A DNA stretch of 64,000 nucleotides from NCBI GenBank assembly GCA_038231135.1, contig JBBRLX010000004.1, forward strand, positions 128,001 to 192,000, written 5' to 3'. This DNA comes from Candidatus Eiseniibacteriota bacterium. GTDB taxonomy: Bacteria; Eisenbacteria; RBG-16-71-46. Made by a program: the position numbers and the translations under genes. The notes beneath the pieces were generated by a model, which was not told the DNA's origin, did not search any database, and was given only the letters and a program-made list of their open reading frames with translations. Shown here one piece after another: positions 1 to 9,528 of this stretch (positions within the stretch are counted from its first letter, which is position 1; each line of letters begins with the position of its first letter).

Positions 1-606
1 GCGCACGGTGCCGCGGGCGAACAGGGGCACCGTGTGGCTGAACGCCAGCGAACCCGGGAGATGCGCCACGACCGGCGCCGCCGGCAGCGGCACCAGGGCC
101 GCGGAACCCTGATAGGTCTGGCCGGGCGGCACCGTCGCCGCCTGAACGTGCGCCCACCACACGCGCGGAGCCGTCACGACCGGCGGGTCGACGCCGATGT
201 GCACCTGCTCCTCGGTCCCGGGCGGTGACCCGGCGGAGGGCGGCAGCGAAGGCCCGGTCAGCGAGTCGCTATGGACGTAGAGGTCGTAGTCGTAGGCCGG
301 CACCGTCCACGTGATCGTCACGTCGATCTGCTTGCCGGTGTAATCGCCGGGAGCCAGCGTCACCTGGAAGCTGTCACAGCTCACGCCGTTGACGCAGGTG
401 TTCTCTCCCGTCCCGGCACCCGTGATGCTGCCGGTCCAACTGGCGGACGGCGCCGGATTGCTGAGCGTGGCTCCGCCGGGAGTCGCCGCGAACACCGCGG
501 CGGCGCGCAACAGGACCGCAAGGATCGCGACGCCAAACACGAAGCGGTTCACGCGCCGGGTCGGCGAGGGTGTGCGGCTCACGAGCGACATCGCATGATC
601 GGGCAT
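1..606 (-). CDS. Secreted protein, N-terminal part (runs off the window edge)
   Basis: Absent from the ORF track because there is no stop in the window. GGAGGT RBS precedes ATG at 606. The frame is open to base 1: MPDHAMSLVSRTPSPTRRVNRFVFGVAILAVLLRAAAVFAATPGG...ITWTVPAYDYDLYVH. Signal-peptide-like N-terminus followed by a beta-rich domain. Confidence 0.75.
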   Translation of the reverse strand, partial: MPDHAMSLVSRTPSPTRRVNRFVFGVAILAVLLRAAAVFAATPGGATLSNPAPSASWTGSITGAGTGENTCVNGVSCDSFQVTLAPGDYTGKQIDVTITWTVPAYDYDLYVHSDSLTGPSLPPSAGSPPGTEEQVHIGVDPPVVTAPRVWWAHVQAATVPPGQTYQGSAALVPLPAAPVVAHLPGSLAFSHTVPLFARGTVR

Positions 607-786
607 GATCACGACCTCCAGAGTTCGAGCGCGTCCGCAACGCGCGGTTGCGCGCCCCGGATGCTGCGAGACGACTCTGGATACCGGGAGTTGAGAGAAC
701 CTTGAGCCGGGGAGAATCTTGCGATGCAACTATTTGCGCCGCAATGGCTTATGAATATGGTCCCGAGCCGACCGGGACGCGCGACG

Positions 787-1896
787 TCAGGCGCAGTGCT
801 CGCATCCCACGCTGCCGCGCGAGCGCACCAGCAGCTCCGCGGGGCGCCCGCAGGTGGGGCAGCCCGGCTGCGCCGGGCGGCCGCGCGCGACGTCCACCGG
901 TGCCACCAGCCGCACGTGGACGGCGCCGGTGCGCAACTCCTGCTCGAGTTGCGCCACCGGCCACGACCATTCGACGACGCCCCAGGTGCGGATCTCCGTG
1001 CGCAGCGCCCAGCGGCCGCGCACCTCGGCGGCGCGGCGCTCCCACTCGAGCTTGAGCGACATCGCGTCGCCGTGATCGAGGTCGCCGTCGTCGACGCTAC
1101 CGGACCGGCGCCGCAGCCGCTCCTCCTCCTCCTCGATCCGCGACGAGAAGAACTCGCCGAGCCGGTCGAGCTCCTCCTCGCGCTTGTGCGACACGCCGTT
1201 CTCCCACTCCGCCTCGCGGGCCGACAGCAGGCGGTCGAGATGCGCGCGGCCCTGGCCCATCCAGCGCTCCCGCTCGGCGGCCGCGGCGGTGCCGGCGATC
1301 TGGTAGAGGCCGGCGCGGGTGCGCACGTCGGGAACGTCGAGACCGGTCGTGCTCTCGGCAAACGCGCCCTCGGCGGTCATCACCAGCACCCACGGTTCCT
1401 GCCACGGCAGCCCGCCCCATCGTGTCACCACTGCGTGGACCGAGATGCGCCGCTCGTAGTGCACGGGTCCGAGCCGCGGCTGGCCCCAGGTGAGGCCGCG
1501 GACGCGGCACACCGAGGCGAAGCCGTCGGCCGGCGCCCCGGGCACGTGCGCGAGCGCCGTGCGGCACGCGAACTCGGGCCGGTCGGTCGCGGCTTCGAGC
1601 AGCTTGCGGCCGGCGCTGCTGCCGGGTGCGGTGAACCACGCGCCGCGCGGCAGCGTCGGGCGCTGGGGGTCGAACACCAGCCGCACGCGCTGCCGCCGCC
1701 AGCGGCGCCGCAGCGCGTCCGACAGCTCCACCTCCCAGTCCCCGCGGGCCGCGGCCTTGACCGTGCACCCGGAGCTCTCGAGCCAGCGGCCCACGAACGC
1801 ACGCCACTCCGCCGGCAGCGCCGGCAGCGTCGGGGACGCGGCGGGCGCCGCACCGTTCTCCCGCATCGCGACCGGCGCCCTAGCGCGCGGGCTCAC
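787..1896 (-). CDS. YqhG-like partner of the SNF2 ATPase, with C-terminal Zn ribbon
   Basis: GTG at 1896 overlaps the helicase TGA (GTGA); alternative ATG at 1866. Charged coiled-coil-like segment (REEELDRLGEFFSSRIEEEEER) and C-terminal CPTC...CEHC. Confidence 0.7.
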   Translation of the reverse strand: MSPRARAPVAMRENGAAPAASPTLPALPAEWRAFVGRWLESSGCTVKAAARGDWEVELSDALRRRWRRQRVRLVFDPQRPTLPRGAWFTAPGSSAGRKLLEAATDRPEFACRTALAHVPGAPADGFASVCRVRGLTWGQPRLGPVHYERRISVHAVVTRWGGLPWQEPWVLVMTAEGAFAESTTGLDVPDVRTRAGLYQIAGTAAAAERERWMGQGRAHLDRLLSAREAEWENGVSHKREEELDRLGEFFSSRIEEEEERLRRRSGSVDDGDLDHGDAMSLKLEWERRAAEVRGRWALRTEIRTWGVVEWSWPVAQLEQELRTGAVHVRLVAPVDVARGRPAQPGCPTCGRPAELLVRSRGSVGCEHCA

Positions 1897-3842
1897 TCGT
1901 CCTCCTGGTCCACGGTCGGAAACACCATCGTCTGGAGATCCTTCTGCTGCTGGTAGAGCCGGCGGGCCACCATCAGATGCTGGCCCAGCTCGGTGAAGCG
2001 GCGCTTGCGGGCGCGCGCGTCGTTCGATTCCGTCCAGCGGCGGAAGATCTCGTCTTCGAACGAGCCGTGCGGCTGCCACGCGCCCAGGATCTCTTCCATC
2101 TCGCCCACGATCAGCTCGAACATGCGGATCTTGCGATCGAGGATCTCGAGCACGTACGCCTCGATCGTGCTGCGCGCGGCCAGGTTGATCACCCGCACCG
2201 GGTGCACCTGCCCGAGCCGGTGGACGCGGCCGATCCGCTGCTCGACGCGCATCGGGTTCCACGGCAGGTCGTAGTTGATGACATTGCTGCAGAACTGGAG
2301 GTTGCGGCCCTCGCCGCCGGCCTCGGTGCTCACCAGCACCGGGGCGGTGGTGCGGAACTGCTCGAGCGCCTCCTCCTTCTCGCGCCAGTTCAGCTCGCCG
2401 TGGAAGATCGCCGGCTCGATGCCCTGGGCGCGCAGCGCGGCCACCAGCGTGTCGAGCGTGACCCGGAACTGGGTGAACACGATGCCCTTGGCGCCCTTGA
2501 GGCTCGCGATGCAGCGCAGCAACGACCGCACCTTGCTGGGCGACGTGCTCAACTGCTCCGCGCGCCCGGCCAGCAGCCGCAGCCGGCGCGGGTCGAGGCC
2601 GTCGGGCGAGCGGCTCAGCTTCTCGAGCGTCGACTGCGCAGCCGCCCACGACGACCCCATCTCCTTCTGGAGCACCATCAGCGTGAAGTAGTGCGGGCGG
2701 CCGGGGGCGCCGTGCTCACCGCGCACCGCGTCGACCACGAACTCGCTGACCTGGCGGTACAGCGCGCGCTCGGCGGGCGTCTGTCCCACCCACAGCGTCT
2801 CGACCTTGCGCGGCGGGAACGTGAGGTCGGTGTCATTGCGCCGGGTGCGCACCATCACGGTCTCGAGCAGGGTGCGCAGCCGCGGGGTGTTGCGCGGCGA
2901 GCGCTTGTCGTGCCCCGACAGGAAGTCCCGGCGGAACTGCGAGAACGTGCCCACGGTGCCGGGGCGGACGAGCGTCGCGAGGTTGTACAGCTCGCGCATG
3001 TCGTTCTGCACCGGCGTCGCCGTGAGCAGCAGCAGGTAGCGGGGATTGAGATCGTTGACGAATTTCCACCCCAGCGTGAGGTGGTTGCGCAGCCGGTGCG
3101 CCTCGTCGACGATCACCAGGTCGTAGTTCGCGCCACGCACGCGCCGCCGGTGCCGCTCGTGGCGCGCCGTCTCGAGCGACGAGATCACGAGCGGGTGACG
3201 GCCCCACTGGCCGGCCGGGCCCCGCGACACCACGAAATCGAGCTCGAACTTCTCCCACAGCTCGGCGCGCCACTGCTCGCACAGCGAGGCCGGCACCAGA
3301 ACGAGCACGGTGCGCACCGCGCCGCGCAGCAGGTACTCCTTGAGCACGATGCCGGCCTCGATCGTCTTGCCGAGCCCGACCTCGTCGGCGAGGATCGCGC
3401 GGCCGTTGAGGTCGCGCATCACCTTGTGACACGCCCGGATCTGGTGCGGGAACCGCTCGACGCCCCGCAGCGAATCGAGCGACACCAGCCGTTCGGTCCC
3501 GGCCCAGCCGGCCCACGCCTCGGCTTCGGCACGCAGCTCGAACCGCCCGCCCGCGGCCGGCTCGCCCGCCTGCCACACCTCTAGCAACCGCTCGCTCAGC
3601 GGATGCCAGATGTGCGTGCCCGGCGCGACGGCGGCCCCCGGGGTGGGAGCCGCATCGGTGGACACGACCTCCCATGCGCGCTGCGCCGACAGCCGCCGCA
3701 GCTCGCCGTCGAACACCACCTCGAGCATCTCCCGGCCGCGGTCGGTGTGGACCTCGACCACGAGACCCTCACCGAACTGCGGATGACGCAGGCGCTGCCC
3801 GACCTGGTACCCGTTCGCGATCGATTCCACGTCCACTCCCAT
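1893..3842 (-). CDS. SNF2-family (RapA/YqhH-like) helicase/ATPase with N-terminal Tudor-like domain
   Basis: Motifs ILADEVGLGKT, DEAH, LLLTATPVQN, STEAGGEGRNLQ, YDLPWNPMRVEQRIGRVHRLGQ. Confidence 0.93.
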   Translation of the reverse strand: MGVDVESIANGYQVGQRLRHPQFGEGLVVEVHTDRGREMLEVVFDGELRRLSAQRAWEVVSTDAAPTPGAAVAPGTHIWHPLSERLLEVWQAGEPAAGGRFELRAEAEAWAGWAGTERLVSLDSLRGVERFPHQIRACHKVMRDLNGRAILADEVGLGKTIEAGIVLKEYLLRGAVRTVLVLVPASLCEQWRAELWEKFELDFVVSRGPAGQWGRHPLVISSLETARHERHRRRVRGANYDLVIVDEAHRLRNHLTLGWKFVNDLNPRYLLLLTATPVQNDMRELYNLATLVRPGTVGTFSQFRRDFLSGHDKRSPRNTPRLRTLLETVMVRTRRNDTDLTFPPRKVETLWVGQTPAERALYRQVSEFVVDAVRGEHGAPGRPHYFTLMVLQKEMGSSWAAAQSTLEKLSRSPDGLDPRRLRLLAGRAEQLSTSPSKVRSLLRCIASLKGAKGIVFTQFRVTLDTLVAALRAQGIEPAIFHGELNWREKEEALEQFRTTAPVLVSTEAGGEGRNLQFCSNVINYDLPWNPMRVEQRIGRVHRLGQVHPVRVINLAARSTIEAYVLEILDRKIRMFELIVGEMEEILGAWQPHGSFEDEIFRRWTESNDARARKRRFTELGQHLMVARRLYQQQKDLQTMVFPTVDQEDE

Positions 3843-3905
3843 GACGTCCCGCCCGGCATCCGTGATCGATGACCCATCCGCGGCGCCACGGCGCGCCGTG
3901 GGTCC

Positions 3906-4505
3906 TCAATAGCTCGCGTAGAAGATGAGGCCCGCCGACACCTGGAAATCGTGATTGGTCTTCTGGTTCTGGAAGATCGCGAAGTAGCGTGTGCTGATGT
4001 CATACGCCCAGCTGCTGAAGAAGAAGTGCTCGATCCCCGCCCCCGCGCTCACGTACACGCCGTCCTGGGGGAACGTGCTCTCGTCGCTGAACGTCTTCTC
4101 GGTCGGGTGGGCGAGGCCGGCGCCAACGCACAGATTGCGCACGGTGCGGCTCTCGGTGCCGAACATCTGGTACACCTCGAGGCCCGACAGCGTGAGCGAC
4201 AGCTTCTGGGCGGTCGTGTCGCCGGGGGCTCCGGTCTGCCGGCTGTCGATCTGCTGTCCCTCGAACGACAGCCCGATCGCGCGTTCGTAGCGCAGTCGAT
4301 AGCGCAGCCGCACGGCGATGCCGGGACCGCTGTCGAACGTTCCCCCCAGGCCGCCGGTGTTCAACAGGGTTCCGTACTCTCCCTGGATCCCGATGCCGAC
4401 CTGGCCGGGGCGGGGCAGCACGACGGAGTTCGCGGCCGAGGCCGCCGAGGCCAGCACGACCAGCAAAACCAGGGACACGGCGAACGGCGAACGGCGATGC
4501 GGCAT
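3906..4505 (-). CDS. Outer-membrane beta-barrel protein
   Basis: GAGGAGG RBS before ATG 4505. Signal peptide (…ASAASA), alternating amphipathic strands, aromatic C-terminus (VSAGLIFYASY). Confidence 0.75.
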   Translation of the reverse strand: MPHRRSPFAVSLVLLVVLASAASAANSVVLPRPGQVGIGIQGEYGTLLNTGGLGGTFDSGPGIAVRLRYRLRYERAIGLSFEGQQIDSRQTGAPGDTTAQKLSLTLSGLEVYQMFGTESRTVRNLCVGAGLAHPTEKTFSDESTFPQDGVYVSAGAGIEHFFFSSWAYDISTRYFAIFQNQKTNHDFQVSAGLIFYASY

Positions 4506-4538
4506 GAACATCCTCCTCGGTTCCCGGTGCGTCACCCG

Positions 4539-5504
4539 CTAGGGACGCGGATGGAACGTGCGGTGAACTTCCTTGAGATAAGCCCGGTCGACGTGGGTGT
4601 AGATGGCGGTCGTGGTGACGGAGGCGTGGCCCAGCAACTCCTGGACGACACGCAGATCGGCGCCGCCCTGGAGCAGGTGCGTCGCGCACGAATGCCGCAG
4701 CAGGTGCGGATACAGCCGCGCGCCGATCCCGGCGGTGCGCGCATGCCCTCTAAGGATCTTCCAGAACCCCATGCGTGACAACCTGCCCCCGCGGGCGTTC
4801 AGGAACACCGCGTCGGAACGGAGCCCGCGCGCGAGCTGCGGACGGCCGCGGTCGAGCCAGTCGCCGAGCGCCACCGCGGCGGCCGACCCGAACGGCACCG
4901 TGCGCTCGCGGTTGCCCTTGCCCGTGACCGTGACCATTCGCCCGCCCAGGTCGAGCCCGGCGGCGGCGAGCCCCACCAGCTCCGACACGCGCAGGCCGCT
5001 CGCATACGCGAGCTCGAGCAGCGCGCGATCGCGTAGCGCGAGCGGCCCGTCGCCGGCCGGCTGCGCGAGCAGTCGCTCGATGTCCTCGATGGCGAGCACG
5101 TTCGGCAGTGGCCGCTCGTGGCGCGGCGCGGCGAGCTCGGCCAGCGGATCCGCCATGCACACGCGGCGGCGCACCAGCGAGCCGTGGAAGCCGCGCAGCG
5201 CGGCGCGGCGGCGGCTCGCGGTGCCGGCCGACAGGCCGCGCCGCTCGAGCGTCACGAAATACGCCTGCGCGAACACCGCCGTCGCCTCCGGCCACGAGCG
5301 GAGGCGGTGCTCCGCCGCGAACCGCGTGTAGTCGGCGAGATCCCGCGCGTAGGCGTCCAGCGTGTTCACGCTCAGCCGCCGGCCGCTGCGCAGCTCGTCG
5401 AGGTAGGCGTCGACTTCGCTGGTGAGCCGCGGATCCGCGGACGGCGCCGCGGGCGCCCGGTCCGGCGACTCGTCGCCCAGGCGCGTGGCGGCCGCGCGGC
5501 TCAT
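4539..5504 (-). CDS. xerD: Site-specific tyrosine recombinase XerD-like
   Basis: ATG 5504 overlaps the uvrC stop (ATGA). Motifs YASGLRVSEL, GKGNRER, LSRMGFWKIL, HLLRHSCATHLL, LLGHAS.TT.IYTH. Confidence 0.9.
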   Translation of the reverse strand: MSRAAATRLGDESPDRAPAAPSADPRLTSEVDAYLDELRSGRRLSVNTLDAYARDLADYTRFAAEHRLRSWPEATAVFAQAYFVTLERRGLSAGTASRRRAALRGFHGSLVRRRVCMADPLAELAAPRHERPLPNVLAIEDIERLLAQPAGDGPLALRDRALLELAYASGLRVSELVGLAAAGLDLGGRMVTVTGKGNRERTVPFGSAAAVALGDWLDRGRPQLARGLRSDAVFLNARGGRLSRMGFWKILRGHARTAGIGARLYPHLLRHSCATHLLQGGADLRVVQELLGHASVTTTAIYTHVDRAYLKEVHRTFHPRP

Positions 5505-7330
5505 GCGCCCTCCGCGGCGCGCGCCGGCGCGAGCGCCTTGGCGATGCGAACGGCGAGCGACGCGGGCACCCGCGCGCGCCGCGCGATCTCGTCGGGCGTC
5601 GCCGCCGACAGCGCGGCCACCGAGCCGAATTCCTTGAGCAGCATCGCGCGGCGCGCGGGACCCACGCCGGGCACCTGGTCGAGCTCGCTCGCGATCCGCG
5701 ACCGGCGCCGCAGGGCGCGATGGTAGGTGAGCCCGAACCGGTGCGCCTCGTCCCGCAGCCGTTGCAGCGCGCGCAGCGCCGGACTGCGCCGCGGCAGCCT
5801 GAGCGGATCTCCCGACTCCCGGATCACGAGCTCCTCGCGCTTCGCGAGGCCGATCAGCGGCACGGTGCCGGTCGCGATCCGGTCGAGGGCGCCGCGCGCG
5901 GCGCCGACCTGGCCCGCGCCGCCGTCGACCACGACGAGGTCCGGGCGCGGCTCCTCCCCCGACTCGACGCGCGTCCAGTAGCGCTCCACTGCCTCGCCGA
6001 TCATCGCGAAATCGTCGGGGCCGCCGTGACGGATGCGCATGCGCCGGTAGAGACCCTTGCGCGCGACACCGTTCTCGCTCGCCACGATCGCCGCGACCGC
6101 GCCCTCGGCGCCGAAGTTCGAGATGTCGAAGCACACCATGCGGTGCGGCGGCGCCGGCAGCGACAGCGCGCGCTGCAGCTCGAGCACCTCCGGCGAGAAT
6201 CGCAGCCGGCGGCCGGCCGCGCGCGACGCCTGGTCCTCGAGCACCAGCGCCGCGTTGCGTTCCGCGCTGCGCACCAGCCGGAGCCCGCGCCCGCGTTGCG
6301 CCACCTTGAGCTCCACGCGATGGCCGGCGCGGCGGCTCAGCGCCTCCAGCGTCACCTCGGCATCCGCGGGCGGCGCCGCCGCCACCAGCCGGCGCGGCAG
6401 CTCGCGCTGCGCGAGATAGTGCTGCGCCAGGAACGACGCCAGCACCGTGGCCTCGTCCAGCCCGCCGGCATGCGCGAGCACGCGGATCTCCTTCCCCACC
6501 ACGCGCCCGCCGCGGAGGATCAGCGCCGCGACCGCCGCGCGGTCGCCGATCCGCGCCATGCCCAGGACGTCGGTGTCGCCGCCGCCGCGGTGCACGACGT
6601 CCTGCGGCATGCGCACGGTGTCGAGCAGCTTGAGCTGGTCGCGCCGCTGCGCCGCGGTCTCGTAGCGCTGCTCGCTCGCGGCCTGCTGCATCTCCTCGCG
6701 CAGCTTGCGCAGCAGCTCGTCGTCGCGACCGGTGAGGAACAGGATCAGCTGGTCGACGAGCGCCCGGTATTCGGGGGGCGCGAACCGGGTGCGGGTGGTG
6801 CATGGTCCGACGCAACGGCCGATGTGGAAGTACAGGCACGGCCGGTTCGAGCGCCGGTAGTCCTCGAAGTTGCGGCAGGTGCGCACCGGGAAGATGCGGC
6901 GGATCTCGCGCAGCGTGCGGCGCAGGCTCTTCACGTCCGTGAACGGCCCCAGGTACCGGGCGCCGTCGGACTTCACCTGCCGCGTGATCGACAGCCGGGG
7001 GAACTCCTCCTGGACCGTGATCTTCACGTACGGGTAGCTCTTGTCGTCCGTCAGCCGGATGTTGTAGTGCGGCTTGTGCTGGCGGATCAGCGTCGCTTCC
7101 AGCAGCAGCGCTTCGGCCTCGGTCTCGGTGAGCACGGTATCGAGGTCGCGCGCGTTCGCGACCAGCTCGCGCAGCCGCGGCTCGGCGAGGTCCGGAGCGA
7201 GGTAGTTCCGTACCCGGTGGACCAGGCTCTTGGCCTTCCCCACGTACAGCACCTTGCCCGCGGCGTCCTTGAACAGGTAAACCCCGGGAACCGCGGGCAG
7301 ATTGTTGACTTTCTGGCTCAATTCGCTCAT
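5501..7330 (-). CDS. uvrC: Excinuclease ABC subunit C
   Basis: GIY-YIG domain (PGVYLF…LYVGKAK), DDKSYPY, CFDISN, DGGAGQ, RDEAHRF and C-terminal HhH (PGVG). Confidence 0.97.
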   Translation of the reverse strand: MSELSQKVNNLPAVPGVYLFKDAAGKVLYVGKAKSLVHRVRNYLAPDLAEPRLRELVANARDLDTVLTETEAEALLLEATLIRQHKPHYNIRLTDDKSYPYVKITVQEEFPRLSITRQVKSDGARYLGPFTDVKSLRRTLREIRRIFPVRTCRNFEDYRRSNRPCLYFHIGRCVGPCTTRTRFAPPEYRALVDQLILFLTGRDDELLRKLREEMQQAASEQRYETAAQRRDQLKLLDTVRMPQDVVHRGGGDTDVLGMARIGDRAAVAALILRGGRVVGKEIRVLAHAGGLDEATVLASFLAQHYLAQRELPRRLVAAAPPADAEVTLEALSRRAGHRVELKVAQRGRGLRLVRSAERNAALVLEDQASRAAGRRLRFSPEVLELQRALSLPAPPHRMVCFDISNFGAEGAVAAIVASENGVARKGLYRRMRIRHGGPDDFAMIGEAVERYWTRVESGEEPRPDLVVVDGGAGQVGAARGALDRIATGTVPLIGLAKREELVIRESGDPLRLPRRSPALRALQRLRDEAHRFGLTYHRALRRRSRIASELDQVPGVGPARRAMLLKEFGSVAALSAATPDEIARRARVPASLAVRIAKALAPARAAEGA

Positions 7331-7405
7331 CGACACCCCGACCGCCCCACGTGCAATGCGGGAGGGAAAAACATTACACCCTGGCATGCAGCCCGCAAAC
7401 CCGCC

Positions 7406-7435
7406 TTGACCGGCGCCGGAGCCAGTCCCTATATT
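7406..7435 (+). promoter_or_regulatory. sigma70-type promoter for rpsT
   Basis: TTGACC-N18-TATATT upstream of the GGAGG RBS of rpsT, in an otherwise very GC-rich context. Confidence 0.65.
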
Positions 7436-7476
7436 ATTGCCCCGGTTTCGGTTCCTGTTTCCTACGGAGGATTTTC

Positions 7477-7734
7477 ATGCCGCATCACAAGTCCGCGGCC
7501 AAGCGGGTGTTGACCAACGAAAAGGCCCGCCGTCGCAACATGGCCGCGCGCTCCCGGATGCGCTCGGCGCTCAAGACCGTCCGCGCCGCCACCAGTCGCG
7601 CCGCCGGCGACACCGCCTACAAGGAAGCCGTGTCCGTGCTCGACCGCACCGTGGCCAAGGGCATCATCACGCGCGCGACCGCGAGTCGTCACAAGTCGCG
7701 CCTGGCCCTGTTCACCCGGAAACTGTCGGGTTGA
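7477..7734 (+). CDS. rpsT: 30S ribosomal protein S20
   Basis: MPHHKSAAKRVLTNEKARRRN…KGII…ASRHKSRL, with GGAGG RBS. Confidence 0.97.
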   Translation: MPHHKSAAKRVLTNEKARRRNMAARSRMRSALKTVRAATSRAAGDTAYKEAVSVLDRTVAKGIITRATASRHKSRLALFTRKLSG

Positions 7735-7744
7735 GGACCGCAGG

Positions 7745-8173
7745 ATGAAACGCGGGACGGCTGCGGGATTCGCGGCCGTGCTGACGTGCTCCACGCTGCT
7801 TACGGCCGCATGCGCTTGCGCGCAGGCGGCCGAGCCGTTTCCGGAGGTGCCGCTGCCGCCACCGGCGGTCCGCCCGCACCGCTGGGCGTACGCGTCGATG
7901 GTCGCCGGCGCCGGGCTGGTCGCGGGCTCGTTCGCGTTCGAACGCCGCGCCGACGAAGCGTACGCCCGGTACCTGGCGTCGACCGACCCCGCCCGGATCG
8001 AAGACGAGTTCCGCCGCGCCCGCCACAACGACCAACTGTCCTCGGCGGCGCTGTTCGGCGGCGAGGCGCTGGTCGCGTTCGGCCTCTACCTGCGATTCCT
8101 GCGGCATCCGGCCTCGGACCGGCTGTCGCTCGAATGGCGCGGGGATCGATGCGCGCTCTCGCTGCGATACTGA
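7745..8173 (+). CDS. Hypothetical exported/membrane protein
   Basis: Signal-like N-terminus, two Gly/Ala-rich hydrophobic segments and a C-terminal beta-strand ending LSLRY. Overlaps the next gene. Confidence 0.65.
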   Translation: MKRGTAAGFAAVLTCSTLLTAACACAQAAEPFPEVPLPPPAVRPHRWAYASMVAGAGLVAGSFAFERRADEAYARYLASTDPARIEDEFRRARHNDQLSSAALFGGEALVAFGLYLRFLRHPASDRLSLEWRGDRCALSLRY

Positions 8174-9528
8174 CGCTGGCGCTGCTCGCCGGCGGGTGCA
8201 GCGGGCGGGACCGGGCGAACCCGCTCGATCCGGCGAATCCCTCGACCCACGGGCGGCCGAGCCACTTCGTGGCGCTCGCCGGCAATTCCACGGTGACCCT
8301 GACCTGGGACGTCGTCGCCGTCCCGGGCCTCCTCGGGTACCGCCTCGAGCGGCGCGTCGCGGGCGACACGGATTTCACGGTGCTGGTGGCGCTGCTGCCG
8401 GCCACCACGGGCGCCTACTTCGACTTCGGTCTGCTCAACGGCGCGCGGCACGACTACCGGCTGTCGTTCGTGTTCGATACCGGTCCATCGGGCGGGTTCG
8501 CGACGGACTTCGCGATTCCGGGTCCGTTGCGCCCGTGGGTGACCGTGCTCGGCACGTCCGAGCTGCTGCGCATCACCGCCGACGGCCGCCGGGTGATCTA
8601 CGACGACCCGCTGTTCGGCAGCCCGTCCGCGGTCGCCGTGGATCCGGCGCAGGGCGTGGTGTGGGTGTCGGACGGGATCGAGGGCACGGTGGTCCGATTC
8701 AATCCCGGCAACGGCAGCCGGCTCGTGATCCCGCGCGGAGCGACACCGGGGGCGATCGCCGTCGACCCGGTGCGCCACACGGCGTGGGTGTGCGACGAGC
8801 GCGGGGCCCAGATCGTGCAGATCCAGCTCGACGGCAGCCCCGGCTCGCCGCCGGCGATCGGGCCGCTCGAGCTGCCGCTCGACGTGGCCATCGACGGCCA
8901 GGACGGCTCGGTGTGGGTGTGCGACAACCGCGCGGGCAAGCTGCTCCAGTTCGGCGCCTCCGGCGCGTCACGGTTCGAGCGCAACGTGCCGCAACCGTCA
9001 CGAGTGGCGATCGACTCCCTGACCCGCGATGCCTGGGTCACATCGTTCGGGGCCGGCACGCTGGTGCGCGTGGCGTTCAACGGCACCGTGCTCGACACCG
9101 TGACCGGCCTCGCCGGACCGATCGGCGTCGCGGTCGACGCACGCCGCGGCCGGGTGTGGGTGGCCGACGCGCGCGCGAACGCGCTGGTCGCGTTCCACCG
9201 CGACGGCACGGTCGAGCGCCGGATCGGAGGACTGAGCGAGGTGCACGAGGTCCGCGTCGACATCGCGACCGGAAACGTGTGGGCCACCGTGCCGGGCGAT
9301 GGCCGCGTGGTCCAGGTGTCCCCCGCCGGCGTGATCCTGTCGCAGGTCTCGGGCCTGGCGCAGCCGTGGGCGATCGCGCTGGACCCGGGCTCGGAGCTTG
9401 CGTTCGGCGCTCCGCGCCGTGCCGGCGCGGAGGGCGGGCAGGCCGTTCACCACCCGAGCCTCCGCTATGGCAGCACGACCACCTTGCGGACGGCCGCACC
9501 CGCGCCCGCCACGAGCCGCACCCAGTAG
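8149..9528 (+). CDS. Lipoprotein with FN3-like domain and NHL/YncE-like beta-propeller
   Basis: MRALAAILTLALLAGGC lipobox and NPLDP motif. FN3-like VTLTW…GYRLER segment, then repeated P.AVAVD..G.VWV blades. Confidence 0.8.
   Translation: MRALAAILTLALLAGGCSGRDRANPLDPANPSTHGRPSHFVALAGNSTVTLTWDVVAVPGLLGYRLERRVAGDTDFTVLVALLPATTGAYFDFGLLNGARHDYRLSFVFDTGPSGGFATDFAIPGPLRPWVTVLGTSELLRITADGRRVIYDDPLFGSPSAVAVDPAQGVVWVSDGIEGTVVRFNPGNGSRLVIPRGATPGAIAVDPVRHTAWVCDERGAQIVQIQLDGSPGSPPAIGPLELPLDVAIDGQDGSVWVCDNRAGKLLQFGASGASRFERNVPQPSRVAIDSLTRDAWVTSFGAGTLVRVAFNGTVLDTVTGLAGPIGVAVDARRGRVWVADARANALVAFHRDGTVERRIGGLSEVHEVRVDIATGNVWATVPGDGRVVQVSPAGVILSQVSGLAQPWAIALDPGSELAFGAPRRAGAEGGQAVHHPSLRYGSTTTLRTAAPAPATSRTQ

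Noticed and set aside
1893..3842. SNF2 gene as part of DISARM, BREX or Zorya-type defence
   Set aside because: There is no methylase, nuclease, PglZ or DUF1998 neighbour, and the context is housekeeping.
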